The notes below the pieces were generated by a model. The model was not told where the DNA came from, did not search any database, and was given only the letters and a program-made list of their open reading frames with translations. DNA of 61,481 nucleotides, filler included, from Dimargaris cristalligena (lineage: Eukaryota), in assembly GCA_003614675.1 (NCBI GenBank). It is 8 parts of 8 records of this genome, joined end to end, with 100 filler letters (N's around TTAATTAATTAA, not from the genome) between each part and the next. Parts side by side here need not be neighbours in the genome. Positions count along the whole stretch, not along the records: positions 23,174 to 30,787 come from ML003400.1; positions 30,888 to 38,485 come from ML003401.1; 6 more parts are not named here. One strand, written 5' to 3'. This document shows, piece by piece, positions 23,582 to 36,900 of the stretch. Position numbers and translations under genes: made by a program. Each line of letters starts with the position of its first letter. Position 1 is the stretch's first letter.

Positions 23582-25838
23582 ATGTCGCAGACCCAAAGCC
23601 CCCAGCCCATCTTCGACCTGCCCACCCTGACCCGTGAGCTTGAGCTCGACGACCGGGTTAAAGTTGCCGGAGTTGATATCGACGGTATTCTGCGGGGCAA
23701 AGTGATACTCAAGTCTAAGTTCTTCTCGAGTCTCAAAAGCGGTTTTGGTAAGTCTCTTCGCATTTTCGTCCGCGTTCGGCCCATTCCGTTTCCCCATTTC
23801 CCTAAATTTTGCCCCTTCCCCCACGCCCTAAGCATATTTCGAGTAGCAGCTGCCTACGCGGGGCGAGCTTATGGCGGGGGAAATGTAGTAGAGACCCGCC
23901 TTTTATGGGAGATGGCAGTGCCTTGTTCGTATTGGTATATCTATTGTTCTCCGATGCCCTTCGGTCCGCCGCTAGACCAATCAATGGACATTGAAGGGGT
24001 TACAGGGTGTAGTGGTAGAGATCACTTTCCAAATCCTCGTCATCAATATATTGCTGAACGGACATTGGTGATTAATCAGTCAATGGTACATCCCTTCTTG
24101 CCATTGGCACCAGTCGATTATTTGGCCTGGCCTTGTTTTACCAGTCACTAACGGTAATTCTGACCATTACATCTTCCCCGCCCCTTAATTCACCGGGCCC
24201 CTGTCTTCCCCTCATGTTACTCGTAACGGCCCTGACCCTGTGGTCTCTTACTAGGTTTTTGCAGCGTCATTTTCGGCTGGGATATGCACGACAAGGCGTA
24301 CACCACCCCAACCACCATTTCGAATGATGCCAATGGGTTCAGTGACATCATCGCCAAAATCGATCTGTCCACCTACCGTCGTCTCCCATTGGAGGACAAC
24401 CTCCCGTTCTTCCTATTGCGCTTCTACGACCGTAACCACCATCCACTAGCCGCCTGCCCGCGTTCCCTGTTGGCCCGGATCGTCGGGGAGTACGAAGCCC
24501 TGGGTTTAGAACCCCTCTGTGGAGCGGAGTTCGAGTTCTTTAACTACAAAGAGACTCCCGCTTCGTTGGAGACGAAGCAGGGGGTCGGATTGTCCCCCAT
24601 TACGCCCGGCATGTTCGGCTATTCGCTGCTTCGGCCTGCATTGGAGAAGGATTTCTTTACGGACATCTTCACCCAGTGCAGAGAGATTCGGGTGCCCATC
24701 GAGGGTCTACACACCGAGACAGGTGGGTCCTAAAGTGACATATATAGAGTACTCCATTGCTTAGCCGAACCATGTGTGGGCTAATTACGGTTGAAACGGC
24801 CTTGAAAAGCTCTCATCACGGGCATCTAACCGTATTCACATATGCCTTTATATATATATATATTGCATTATCACCAATAATCTAAACAACCCCCTAGGTC
24901 CCGGCGTCTATGAAGCCGCCCTCAAATACGCACCGGCACTTGAAATGGCCGACCGAGCGGTTTTATTCAAAACCATCGTCAAACAGGTGGGACTCAAACA
25001 CGGCATCATCGCCTCCTTTATGGCTAAGCCCGACCAAACGCTCCCAGGCTGCTCCGGCCATTTGCACTTCTCCATTCGCGATTCACAGAAAAACAACCTA
25101 TTCTTCGATCCATCCGCGGGTCCTTCCGAGGCGACTGACCCATACCGCATGCGTGGAATGAGCAGCACCATGGCCAGCTTCCTCACTGGACTTCTAGTCG
25201 GCCTCCCTAGTGTTTTGGCCCTCCTGGCCCCCACGGTCAATAGCTACAAGCGTCTAGTCGAGAACTACTGGGCCCCGGTGTATATTAACTGGGGCAAGGA
25301 ATGCCGCACTGCGTCCATTCGGGCCATCGGAGCCGACCTCCCCCCCGCCGATCAATGGGCCGCCATGGCGGACCAGGACGACGAACGGGCTCGACTCTTA
25401 GAAGAGGGCGCCTCTACCCGTCTGGAAATGCGGGTATCGGGCTCGGATATCAATACCCACCTGGCCATTGCGGCCTGTCTCGCGTGTGGGCTATGGGGAA
25501 TCAAAAACCAGCTCGACCGACTGCCGGTCCCGGCGCTGGGAACCCTGGACCCGGCTCAGGGCCGCATTCCCACCGTCATTCGTATGTCGACGGCCTCCGA
25601 TGCCGAGGGTAAAGTGGAGGTAACGGGTGAGGAGAACCTTGCCTATCCGCGGGGCCTCAAACTCAGTCGCACCCTCCAGGAGGCGGTCCGGGTTATGCAG
25701 GAGCCCCAGTCGATCGCCCGGCAAGTGCTCGGAGACGAATTTGTAGATCACTACGCTCTAACCCGGGAGCACGAATGGCAGGCCTGGGAGAATGCCGTGA
25801 CGAACTGGGAGGTCAAGCGGTATCTGGAGATCCTGTAA
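23582..25838 (+). CDS. Type I glutamine synthetase-like / gamma-glutamyl-amine ligase, paralogue 1 (~524 aa); exons 23582-23747, 24255-24722, 24898-25838
   Basis: DIDGILRGK, GFGFCSVIFGWD, GAEFEFF, HTETGPGVYE, GCSGHLHFS, NSYKRL, TRLEMR; introns 23748-24254 and 24723-24897 join in frame. Confidence 0.9.
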
Positions 25839-26081
25839 ATGGGAGGCTAAGGCTTTCAGATATCCTTTTTAATAGTATATTTATTTTACATTTTGATAGA
25901 CCCTGTATCGCTTGAAAAAACTGGCCAGTGCTAGATTTATTTCCGGGGCGGACTTGTTTTTTTTTTACGGGCAATGCGCGCCTAGTTGACAAACAAGTTT
26001 AAAGATATATGAGTATAAATAAAGAAATACATGTGTAATAACAAGACATCGGTGGGTAAGACCACCGAATGATAATGGGGA

Positions 26082-26657
26082 TTAAGGATACGACTTGACT
26101 TCGATTGCGGTGAGCCCGCTGCTTTGCCGCGACTGGGTCAGAGGAATTTCCATGGAGGCGGTGGATTTGATCCGTTCCCTTGGCATGGCGACGATTTGAC
26201 AATAGTAAACGACGAGCAGTATCATAAGGATACCAGCCCAGGCCCACTCAATGATCCGTAGGATCCAAAATACTTTCAGAACGAGGGCCCCCATACCGTC
26301 GCATTGGAACGCCGTAAATCCGGGCATGTCCCCGCTGTCGCAAATGATTTCGCCCATGTCGGGGTCCCGGAGCGCCCGCAAATTTACCAGGGCAAATACC
26401 ACCGTGGCCAATGTGTTAAGGATCAGAAAGCCCAAGTAGATGAGGACAATAACGGGTTGGCGGTGGTAGACCCCGATCAAGAAGAACAGAATGGCACCGA
26501 CCCGGAGTAGACCGACGACTACCGGGGCAATATGGGGATTGAGAAAGTTACCAGCCACATAGAGGATGACGTATATAAGGTGGAGGCCTGTAAGGGACAA
26601 TACGAGGTAGCGTAGCCAGTCCAAACCCCGTGGCTGACTCATGAAATTGGTAGACAT
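26082..26657 (-). CDS. Uncharacterised membrane protein with ~4 TM helices (191 aa)
   Basis: ATG ORF with four long hydrophobic segments and a two-Cys loop between helices 3 and 4. Confidence 0.7.
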   Translation of the reverse strand: MSTNFMSQPRGLDWLRYLVLSLTGLHLIYVILYVAGNFLNPHIAPVVVGLLRVGAILFFLIGVYHRQPVIVLIYLGFLILNTLATVVFALVNLRALRDPDMGEIICDSGDMPGFTAFQCDGMGALVLKVFWILRIIEWAWAGILMILLVVYYCQIVAMPRERIKSTASMEIPLTQSRQSSGLTAIEVKSYP

Positions 26658-28282
26658 GGTTACAAGAAATGTGAAGAGTATTGGTACAGAAAAGGGGGGG
26701 GAGGTTGTAAACTACCCGGCTATGGAACGGTCACTGAATAGATGGAGGGTATAGTAACTATGCTATTAGGTTAAAGGAAGCAGTAGTCGGGCAATTACGG
26801 ACAAATAAGAGTGAGTATGATTATTACCGAGAATCCGGTATTAAAAGATTATTAAAGATACGGCGATCATCAGCAGGAGAATTGATAGGTATTTATACTG
26901 TGGTTACCGATACATTGGGTGGAAACAATGCCCTTTTCGAATAAGTGCCAAATCGGGCGGCTTCCACCACCCATTTCACTCATAATCCCCAATGTACGAT
27001 ACCTCAATGGAAGACAAGGCCATGTCTTCCCTTCTAATTCTTAGGATTCCCAAAGGAAGGCTACTGTGGCTGGTGAGAAAAATGGCGTCGGGAAACCACC
27101 GCCGTTAGAGTGACGGAAACCATCAGGGAAGAAAAGGCAGGCAGGCAAGGGAGACAGGCCCCATGATCTAAGCCCTCTTAACCACCAGGGTAGCATGGGT
27201 ACAATGGCAGAGGAAAGCGTTGGCAGGGTTCACCCTCGACTCCTACCGTGGAGTAACCTTATCACCGGTTCTATACACAGGTTCAACCAATCTGGCACGC
27301 CGGTTCACAATAACTGGGATGGGCGGGGAAAGTGAAGAATACACGGCCAGCGTAGTCGCTATTCTCTGTAAAATGCCGCCCAATAATACAGGCAGCATAT
27401 TGGCCAGCTTGGGTTGCACACCCAGCTAGGTAGGCTGGGGGCTGTACTACCTAAACATTTCCTAGCCCCAGGGTAGTTTAAACTGAAAAAGACCTATTTG
27501 AATATATCCCATTAGGCTGGGGAGGCACTACTTAACGGTCCAGTCATTTGGACTCAATACACTGCCATACTTATCCTGTCGTCATCGTTCCCTAGTAAAT
27601 CCTTCCCAATATTCTGGCTATTTATCTAAGCAATAAAAAAAAATGGCGTTTGCGGGTTGAGGATCTATTGCTTAATTATCTTGATTAACCTCCTAAAATT
27701 CGCGATTTTAAATAAATAGAACTGGCCCTGGAATGGATGGTGTAATATTCCCCAATGGAAGCAACCTCGGAGATACCCAATTATATGGTTTACAGACACG
27801 TATATAGGGTGCCAATGGATAGGAAAAATAGAATAGTCTGCTCATACTATCCACAGAGCATCTGGACAGGGTTGAACAAGATTGGAGAGAAGGTGGTGGA
27901 ACCAACAGGGGCCAACCCATTAAATATGCAAGGAATACGAGAGGGAATGTTTAATTGCCGTGACCGTTCACCGTAGGTGGGTGGAAACAGCTCTAGTAGC
28001 AGCCGCTTAGCACATGATCTTCCCTATTCTGCTTAATTTTACACGGGGTTACCCTGGTGATTGGGAATGTCAAAGGGAGGTTAAGAGAGCAAGCCAGCTG
28101 GCTGAAAGAAAAGGGAAAATGTGATCACTATTTCCTGGGCCAGTGTGCTCTGAAGAGAATAGTATAATATGGTGTGTCCGATTTCTACACTGTAGGGCAG
28201 ACTGCTTATACAACTAGTGATGGGGGAATGTAGTGGCACCCGAAGCGACCTAACTGAAGGGACGTAGTCTGGGATATACATA

Positions 28283-28425
28283 TGGGAGTAGTTCAACAAG
28301 GCTGTATAACGAAAAATCCATTTGATGAGGCAAGTAAAGTACTACTGGTTGAAAATAAACATCCCACCAATTTTCCCATACACATATCGGCTAAACCCTT
28401 ATACAACCAAGCTGAACTTTACCCA
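28283..28425. mobile_element. MITE copy (subfamily B, 143 bp, TA-flanked)
   Basis: TA|TGGGAGTAGTTCAACAAGGCTGTATAA ... TTATACAACCAAGCTGAACTTTACCCA|TA. Confidence 0.85.
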
Positions 28426-28703
28426 TATCGAGGCAGCCGGTTCCAGACTGGTTTCCTGACGTCATCATCCGACAGTCAACACAGCCATTTGGTGCGCACT
28501 TGATGCGGGAGACAGTCAGTCGCAATCGCATACGATTGTGCTTGAAATCTAACCGGGGGACCCGACAGGCCACATTTTTTCAGCCGAGAAAACCCCCTTC
28601 AATATAACACTTTTTTTATTAAACAGCTGTTTAACTGTCTCTTTAGCGACCATCAGGCACCGGGGAGCAGGGGCTAATCCGGCGCCGATTATTTAGAATT
28701 TGA

Positions 28704-28712
28704 ATGACTCAT
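28704..28712. promoter_or_regulatory. Perfect Gcn4/CpcA (AP-1) consensus ATGACTCAT
   Basis: Exact 9-mer about 400 bp upstream of the TATATA at ~29098 and about 600 bp upstream of the second GS-like gene. Confidence 0.4.
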
Positions 28713-29313
28713 GCAAATGGGGAGGAACATAGCGGGTTGGCCGAACAAACCGCCCAATGCCGTGTCCTCACCATTCTTCCGCAAAACTATCCTTAGCCAA
28801 CCCCTCCTCTTGTTCGGCGACCAGATGAATCATCCATGCCATGCTTAGTGGTGCATTGTAGCATGGTTCACGGTCGAGTTACTTGGCCATGCATGTTGAG
28901 GGGAAATGGCAGTGTAAACGGCCCGCCGTGGAATGTGCGGTCTTCATTGAGATCTGATAATGGGTATTCGCTATATTAATAACGAGAACGGCTTACGCCC
29001 ATACTACAGAGCAGCCAAACTACTCTCTCCTACCCCGATAATAGAGACTGCGCATGCCCTCCCCCCTGGCATGACCTGCTCCCGACTAAGCTTTGCCTAT
29101 ATATAGGCGGCGGACTGTCACCCGTCTATATTCAGCTCATATAACTCACTTATTTAATCTTGCCGTGGTTCCGCTCTGATTTCAACTTTGCATCAACCCT
29201 CTTCGGCCTGGCTACATCACCTACTAGCTGACTCGGTTTCTGCCCTCAGGCCTTTCTTCCCTACCGCTTCCGTCAACCGACCACCCTCCCGGCAACATTT
29301 CGTGCCTGCCACT

Positions 29314-30787
29314 ATGCTTACATCCCCCGTAACCCCCTCTGCCCCTACCCACGCCCCGGGCTCCGCTCCGACCTCCTCGGCCCACCCTACGCTGCCGAGC
29401 GCGGGGCTCCCCACTGGCCAGGGGGTGTACAGTTGCTCGGGCCCCGAACTCACGTTTGACCAGATGCATGACCTCCTCCGCCATGACGCCCGCGTCAAGG
29501 TCGCCATGATCGATATTGACGGTGTGTTCCGGTGCAAAACATTCCTCAAGGAAAAGGTCCTTTCATCATTCGAAGACGGATTCGACTTTATCCCCATCCT
29601 GTTCGGCTGGGACGTCATGGACATGCCCTACACCGTGCCGACCCCCTTTGGCAATGCCGAGGAAGGCTTCGGTGACGTATGGGCCCGGTTGGATACCCGC
29701 TCGTTCCGTCGGCTACCGCTCGAAGACAATATGCCGTTTTTCTTACTACGTATCGCCGACCGGGCCGGGCGCTCCATTCCCGTGTGCCCGCGAACGGTGT
29801 TGGCGAAAGTCATGCGCGAGTATGCCGAATTAGGCCTGGAGCCCCTCTGCGGAATTGAGTTGGAGTATTTTAATTTCCGTGAAACCCCCCAATCCTTGGC
29901 CGAGAAGGAGGGGAGTAAGCTGGAGCACATCACCCCGGGGAAGTTCTGCTTCTCGGTAATGCGGCCGTTTGCGGAAAAGGCGTACTTCAACGATATTACG
30001 GAGAAATGCGACCAAATGGGAATCCCCATTGAGGCCATGCACACCGAACTAGGTAGGTCGAGTACTGTTCTAATGACATCGACTCCATGTACTAGTATTT
30101 CTTTCGTGCAGCATAGTTGGGCTAAGCACTTAGTGACATGCCCCTGGAATATCAATGTGGGGAACCTTTTAACCCTCTAGACTGATCCTGGTCTAACCCT
30201 AGACCAACTAACCTGCACTAATGTTCTTCCTCCAACCTCGAACCCACCATCGAATAGGGCCCGGTGTTTATGAGTGCGCTCTACAGTACACCAACGCCAT
30301 GGACCTCGCGGACCGCGCCGCCATGTTTAAAATGACCGTCAAGCAGGTTGCTCTCACCCATGGGATGATCGCGTCCTTTATGGCCAAGCCCGTCCCCAAT
30401 ATTCCCGGCTGCTCGGGCCACATGCACATGTCAATTCGCCACCTTGCGACGGGCGCCAACGCCTTTTTTGATCCCCTCGCCGGGCCCACCCCCGAGGACC
30501 CTTACCGCGCCATAGGTATGAGTGATACCATGTCCGCCTTCATTACCGGCCTCCTCGTCGGCTTACCCAGTATCTTGGCCATTTTGGCTCCCACGGTCAA
30601 CAGCTACAAACGTCTGGTGGAAAACTATTGGGCCCCAGTGTTTGTCAGTTGGGCTAACCAACAGCGGGCGGCCGCGGTTCGGGTGATTATCCCCATGCGC
30701 CCCCGGGCCGAGAATACCGCGGACCCGTCCAGTGCAACCGCTACGCGCGGGGCCCCGTCGGAGGCGGAACAATCCGCGGCGATGGCA
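29314..30787 (+). CDS. GS-like gamma-glutamyl ligase, paralogue 2 (3' truncated); exons 29314-30052 and 30258->30787
   Basis: DIDGVFRCK, LFGWD, GIELEYF, HTELGPGVYE, GCSGHMHMS, NSYKRLVENYWAP; the intron sits at the same position as intron 2 of paralogue 1. Confidence 0.85.
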
Positions 30788-30887
30788 NNNNNNNNNNNNN
30801 NNNNNNNNNNNNNNNNNNNNNNNNNNNNNNNTTAATTAATTAANNNNNNNNNNNNNNNNNNNNNNNNNNNNNNNNNNNNNNNNNNNN
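30788..30887. other. Artificial contig spacer
   Basis: N44-TTAATTAATTAA-N44. Confidence 0.98.
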
Positions 30888-31341
30888 TAATATATATGTA
30901 TATCGGGGGTAACAAAGCAGTAAAGTCTTGTAACAATGGGATGCATAAAGCATTTCACCTATAATCCCCGAGTGTCCCTAGTGAACTGTAGGCACATGAC
31001 GTACATTTACAATGAAAATAGTATAAAAATAGGGGTGTTTTACAGTTAGGCCTAACTTGCCGGGTTTCTTCTGGGTGGATTGCTGCTAATTTGCCTAGGC
31101 CCTGTCCGGTTGATTGGCCTTAGCTGAGACCATTTGCCCAAGAGCTGCGGAAAAAAGCAAAGTCATCGAGGCCTACTCAATAGGCACAGTAGAGCTACAC
31201 GCCAGCCCTCTTAACTCCCAACTTTGTACCTTTATCTCTTACTTTTTACCAAAAAGGATTGGTTTTCGCGAATCACTGGGTCGTACTTTTTTCCACCTAT
31301 ATATATATATATATTCAGGCCTTTTCGCATTCTGCACGGCC

Positions 31342-33130
31342 ATGGCAAGTAGTAATAACCCGTCCCAATCCGTACAGTCGAAGGGCGAGGCGCCCACTGC
31401 TTCGGGCCCCAGTCTAACCGTACCAACCGCAGCGAATGCTCCACGGGCCAAAAAAGGTAAATCGCCTACGCCGACTGAAGTCGAGGCTGTATCTAGCACC
31501 AGTGCTCCAACAAAGGCCCGAAAGAAGAAGGGCAAGGCTAAAGGCAAGGGTAAGAAGAAGGGCGAGGACGAGGACAAGACAGTGACGACCTCCCAACCTG
31601 CCACTGCTACTCCGACGACTAAGACCCCCCGGGCGAACGAACCAAAACCCCAACGGCAAGGGGGTCTTAAATGGGCTCCTAAACCGACCAAACGGAGCAC
31701 CCGGTCCGGCCCTAGCCAGCTGGTTGATTTGTCCCCCACATTGTCTGAATGCGACGTGCAACTGGATGACGATGGCGATATCCGTGAATACATCGAATAT
31801 GCCGATCTTTTAGCGGCTGGCTTCGGCCCCCAGGACTTCGTTGTACTTGCAGAAACCAGTAAGTTATAGGCCCTATACATTTCCCCATAGGACGTTGCCA
31901 GAATGGGTTGTGAAGTCAGCGCTTATCTCTTACCCTTCCACGATTATGTTCCTGCTTAATCATTTCTAGAAAACATGTCAATGGATGCGAGCTATGATTG
32001 TATTACATCTCATTTCACTGATCATCATTATATGACCTTATGTTATTACATGCACCCGGCATCTAGTGGATGAGCTCGAAGAGGAACTGGGTCAATCTGG
32101 CCTTACCTGGAACGACTACTACGATGAACTTACCAGCGACTCTGACGATGAGGACTGCACGGCCGACTCTAATCTGACGGATATATTTAGCCCCAACCAA
32201 AACGGCTTTTATTTGGGGGATGATTACTTGGAGCCGGATGACGAGGTCGATGCGTTACATCTCAATCTGTTAAATCTGAACCTTTCGGATCGGAGTGACC
32301 CCGGCTCTACCCTTAAAACTGGCCGAAAGGTCGTTCATCCAAGCAAGCCTGCCAAGGGCAGCCATGGTACCGCCTCTAAGAAAAAACCTTGCAGCTGCCC
32401 CCTTTGTGATCCCAAATACGCGGGGGAGCCCGTAACGTTGGAGTCACTCATCAAACACGCCCCCACCCACAATAAGAAACTCGATGATGTGAATGGTCTG
32501 CTCAAGCAGCTGGAGGCCCTCTCACTACTGAATGGTAGGCACGACGACGAGGATATTGGCACGCCAGTGAAGCGCCAAGACAAGGTGCATGTTGGGGTCC
32601 CCAAACCCAAATCCGGCCGCAAATCCAAGGCCCGGAAGCCCCCGCCATCGCCACCTCTACCTCCACCGCAGTCACAGCCGCCTAAACCCAAAGGGTCGTC
32701 GAAAAAGAAGAAAAACAAAAATAAGCCAATTCTCTTTATCGAAAAGCCCGTCCCCGGGTTTGTCTACGGCTCGACCATGCATACCAAAAGCACCACTCTG
32801 CGGACCGCTACTACTTCGGCTGAATCGGCCACCTCCACCACTTCCTCAACCCAATCCACAACTAAGGTCGCAGCATTGTCCAACCCTGCCGTTATCCAAT
32901 TGACCGCGCCAACAAAACAGACTGACAAACGGAACTCCAAACCACCTCCTACACCTTCCATCGGCTATACCCCCCTTCGAACCGGCAAAGCCCTAGACCA
33001 ATCCAACGCCGGTCACCGACTACTGAGTAAAATGGGCTGGACCGAGGGCACCGGACTGGGTGCCAATAAGCAGGGCATTACGGAACCCGTGCCCGTTAAC
33101 AAATGGAACCGCCGGCAGGGCCTAAATTAA
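31342..33130 (+). CDS. Low-complexity protein with a C-terminal G-patch domain; exons 31342-31858 and 32067-33130
   Basis: G-patch SNAGHRLLSKMGWTEGTGLGANKQGITEPV...GL; Lys-rich NLS-like runs; phase-1 intron GTAAGT...CTAG. Confidence 0.8.
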
Positions 33131-33909
33131 ACCCTGTGGAGGGTCGCTCACTTCGACTCCTTCGACTGATTAACGATAACCTGGCTGTAAGCTTGGGGGT
33201 GGGGTTATTTTTTGCTGAGCAATAAGTTGATCCAAACCCTTCGCATGTAATTCATGTTTTATTTTACAATGTAATTTATTTTCACCCTATGGAACGAAGT
33301 TACTCGATACGGTGTGCTGTCAACCTATCCTATATTGTCCAGTAATGATTTCCTTGATTTTCTGGTATTACAAATATGTGGTGGTGGATGGGCTTTGTCT
33401 TCGGAGTACCTGGTCTAGGAATGCGGGAAATAGGCTCAGCGTCCCTCTCCGGCAGAGATAAAGGGTATTAGAGTGCTCTGGCGGGCTAGCAAAAATAAGT
33501 AGATGTATTGAAATAAAAGACTTAGCAATGTAATGTTTATCGAATTATCGCCTATTTTCTTTTTTAAATTTTTATTTCGGTGGACTCTAATGTCCTTAAT
33601 ATGCAAAAATGTATAATTTACCATAGGTAATTTATCACGAAAAGGAGGGTAGTGATAGCAAGATGGAGAGTAGTGAACAAAAAATTGCTAGGAATCACTA
33701 CAATAATTAGAAGAAGCCATGGTATATCAATACGTTCGTAAAGAACTGTCAAACAGAACTTGGTGGGGTAGAAGCAAATAAAACATAAACTTGGTAAAGT
33801 GGTCATCGGCAGGAATTGCTATTTGCCGCTAACCATCAAGCATGATACGTTGGTCACGCACTACAGATGGAAGTTCTCCAATTTAGACATGAAAGGTCAT
33901 AAAATACGG

Positions 33910-36900
33910 TTAAACATGGGATAGTTCAAGAAGACATTCTTTCCATTGCAAAGTAAACCCGCTAATCGTATTCGCCCGGAACTGTTTTGAGTTGAAATTG
34001 GTAATGAGCTCCAATCCTCGTGTGGTGTTCCAAGCCGCAAAGTCAAGCACAAACGGGTATTTGTTTTCGCTCTTCGCTGTTCTCAAGTAGTTGAGCATCG
34101 CAGGTCGTTCAATTAGGAGAGTATTCGTGTCGGATGAATCACCGACGGCCATGTCGTCCAAATACGTGAAACCGAATTGGGGCTGTGCATTAAACTGCTG
34201 CTTAAGTTCGATTTGGTTCTCAGAAAAGGAGTGCAAATTCTTGGTTACGGTATATAGGAAACCGTTATCTACACCCGTGCTTAGTATGGCTTGAACAGCA
34301 CGTAAGGTGCCCATTAAGTCGCCATTCGAAGCACAATGGAAAACCAGGGGGAATTGGCTGGCGAAGAATCCTACTGTCCGAGAGACGTCGCATTGGCTAT
34401 GGGGATCCTTGCGCCCGTGGCCTAAATACCCCATATCCATCTGGTAAAGCCCGAAATAGCGGCTATAGGCACATACTAGGGTCGTCAAGATGAGTTCAAT
34501 TGGTGTGGCCCCAAGTTGTTTAGCTACGGTCGTCATGAGGTGGAGAGTAGCGCTGGGGTTGACGAGGTTCACTACACGTTCGCGGGTTTCGTTAGTAATG
34601 GGGGTGTCATCCACAGGGAGTTCTATTGGTAGTGGAACAGCGAATGTTGGCAGGTCAATACTACACGGGTCAATGGACTGGGCCAGGGACCAAAGGTGAT
34701 CGGCCCACAATTTGTAAGAAAGGGTTAGAGGTTCGAGAGTCTGGCCAGTCAAGAAAGCCGAAAGGTCTTCCCGAACAATCTGGACGGAGAGATAATCAAA
34801 AACCAGGTGATGGACGGATATGTAGATGTATTGAACTCCGTTGATGTCGAATACTCGAATCTGAGAGATCGGACCAACCTCGAAATTAATCTGGTGGTTA
34901 ATTTGGTTGAGCTGGTCCAGGGCATCGTGGATATCATCCATTTGATGGTATTCAAAACAGGTGGATGAAGGGTCATCCAAATCGGTATATTTAATCACTG
35001 TTTTCCCATCGACGGGTTGGAAGCGGGCCCGCAGCATGTCATGCCGCTGAACCACTTTATTCCAGGCAGCTTGCCACTGTTGAGCAGTAAATCGCGAGCG
35101 GGATTCAAATAGAGTGGGTAGCGGGAAGAAGTGGGGGTCAGCTAGTTGAAGGGCAAACAGCTCCAGCTGGGGCGGGGTAAGTCGGGCAACCCTTGATTCC
35201 AAATCGGCAGGACCATGGCTATCCTCATTAAACACTTCGATAGAACCGGGCAGGGTCGAAATTAGTTCAGAAATATAGGTGATCGTGTTGGACCGGTTAA
35301 TATCCACCAGTGCCAGTTGCAGGTTCTGGCGGCGACAGCGGGATACTAATTGAATGGCTGAGAGGGAGTTGCCGCCGAGCTGGAAAAAGGTGGCTGATGG
35401 TTCGATACCACTCGGATTAATTCGGAGGGTTTCGGCAACTAGCCCAATGAGCCGGGCTTCGGTTGGGCTGACTTGTACGGCCTCGGGGTTGCTACTGCTG
35501 GCGGTAAAATTATGTCTGGGCAGAGCCTTGCGATCCACTTTACCCACCCGGGTCAGTGGCAATTGGGTAAGTTCCACCAGAACGGAGGGCACCATGTAGT
35601 AAGGAAGTTGGGTTCGCAGAGAGTCCATGATAGCGGCCACCTGGCCAGAAGGGGGAACCACGTAGCCAATTAAGTGTTTCTCGTCCTGGACCACAACACA
35701 AGCCTGGTCCACAGCGGAGTGAAGTTCCAGAGCGCTCTCAATCTCCCCCAGTTCAATCCGGAATCCACGCAACTTAACCTGGTTATCGATCCGGCCGAGA
35801 CATTCAATCTGGCCATTGGGTAACCAGCGGGCCAGGTCTCCTGACTGGTAGATGCGCTCACCGGTAAACGGACTCAAAATAAATTTCTCCTGGGTAAGTT
35901 CAGGGCGATTGAGATAGCCACGCGCCACACCACGACCGCCCAAGTAGAGCTGGCCTATAGCGCCAACAGGGACCAGATGCAAATGGGCATCGAGGATGAT
36001 ACCGGTGGCGTTGGGTAGCGGAGAGCCGATGGGGATTACCGAGTCAGTGGAGTGGAGCCGAGTCCAGTGGGATCCACACGCCACCTCGGTGGGACCGTAC
36101 CAATTGATGAGATCAACTGAGTCGGCCCATTTATTTACTATCCCCTGGTTAGCCGGTTCACCAGTGATAATGACTTGCCGTAGGTTGGGAAAACTAGTCG
36201 GATCGAAGCTGGCAAGTAGGGAGGGAGTGCAGCAGGCTCGCGTAGACTGGACAAGGGCGTCTTCGTACTCCCCTTGGGTTACCAGAAGGGTACCACCGAA
36301 GGACAGAGTAGTCCATATCTCGGACAGGGATACGTCAAAGGTGGGGGTAACGAGGGTAGGGGTAATGGCGCCCGGAGCCATCTTAGTAATACTGCCCATA
36401 CCCTGCCAGTGGTTGGCTAAAGCGTGGTGTTCATGCATGACACCTTTGGGGGTACCAGTCGAACCCGAGGTGTAAATAATGGCAGCCAAATGGGTGGGCT
36501 CTATAGTTGGTGATGGATATAAACCAACCGGGCCATCAGCAAAAAGTGCAGCCCTATTAATTGGTATCGTAGAGATGGCTAAGCCGAGGGAGTCTAATGC
36601 CAAAAGGTAGGAGGGTTTACCCATAACGGCAATTGCTTGCGTATCTTCCAATATCAACTGGTGCCGCTCAAGGGGATAGTCAGGGGCCAGGACTACAAAT
36701 GCACATCCGGTCTTCCAAATAGCCAGCTGTCCTATAATGAGTTCCAGGCAGTTGTCGGCGACCAGTGCCACTATCCGGTCGGAACCACACGGTGTCTGCT
36801 GGGCTAGTGAGTGGGCCAGTCGATTGGCAGCCATATCCAGCTCGGTATAGGTGTATTGTTGGTTGTTATGAATGAGGGCCATGTGGCGGGGCACTTTCTC

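Noticed and set aside
23748-24151. 189-aa product from reading through GS intron 1
   Set aside because: Homology stops at the GTAAGT donor and resumes after the CTAG acceptor, so the open frame is incidental.
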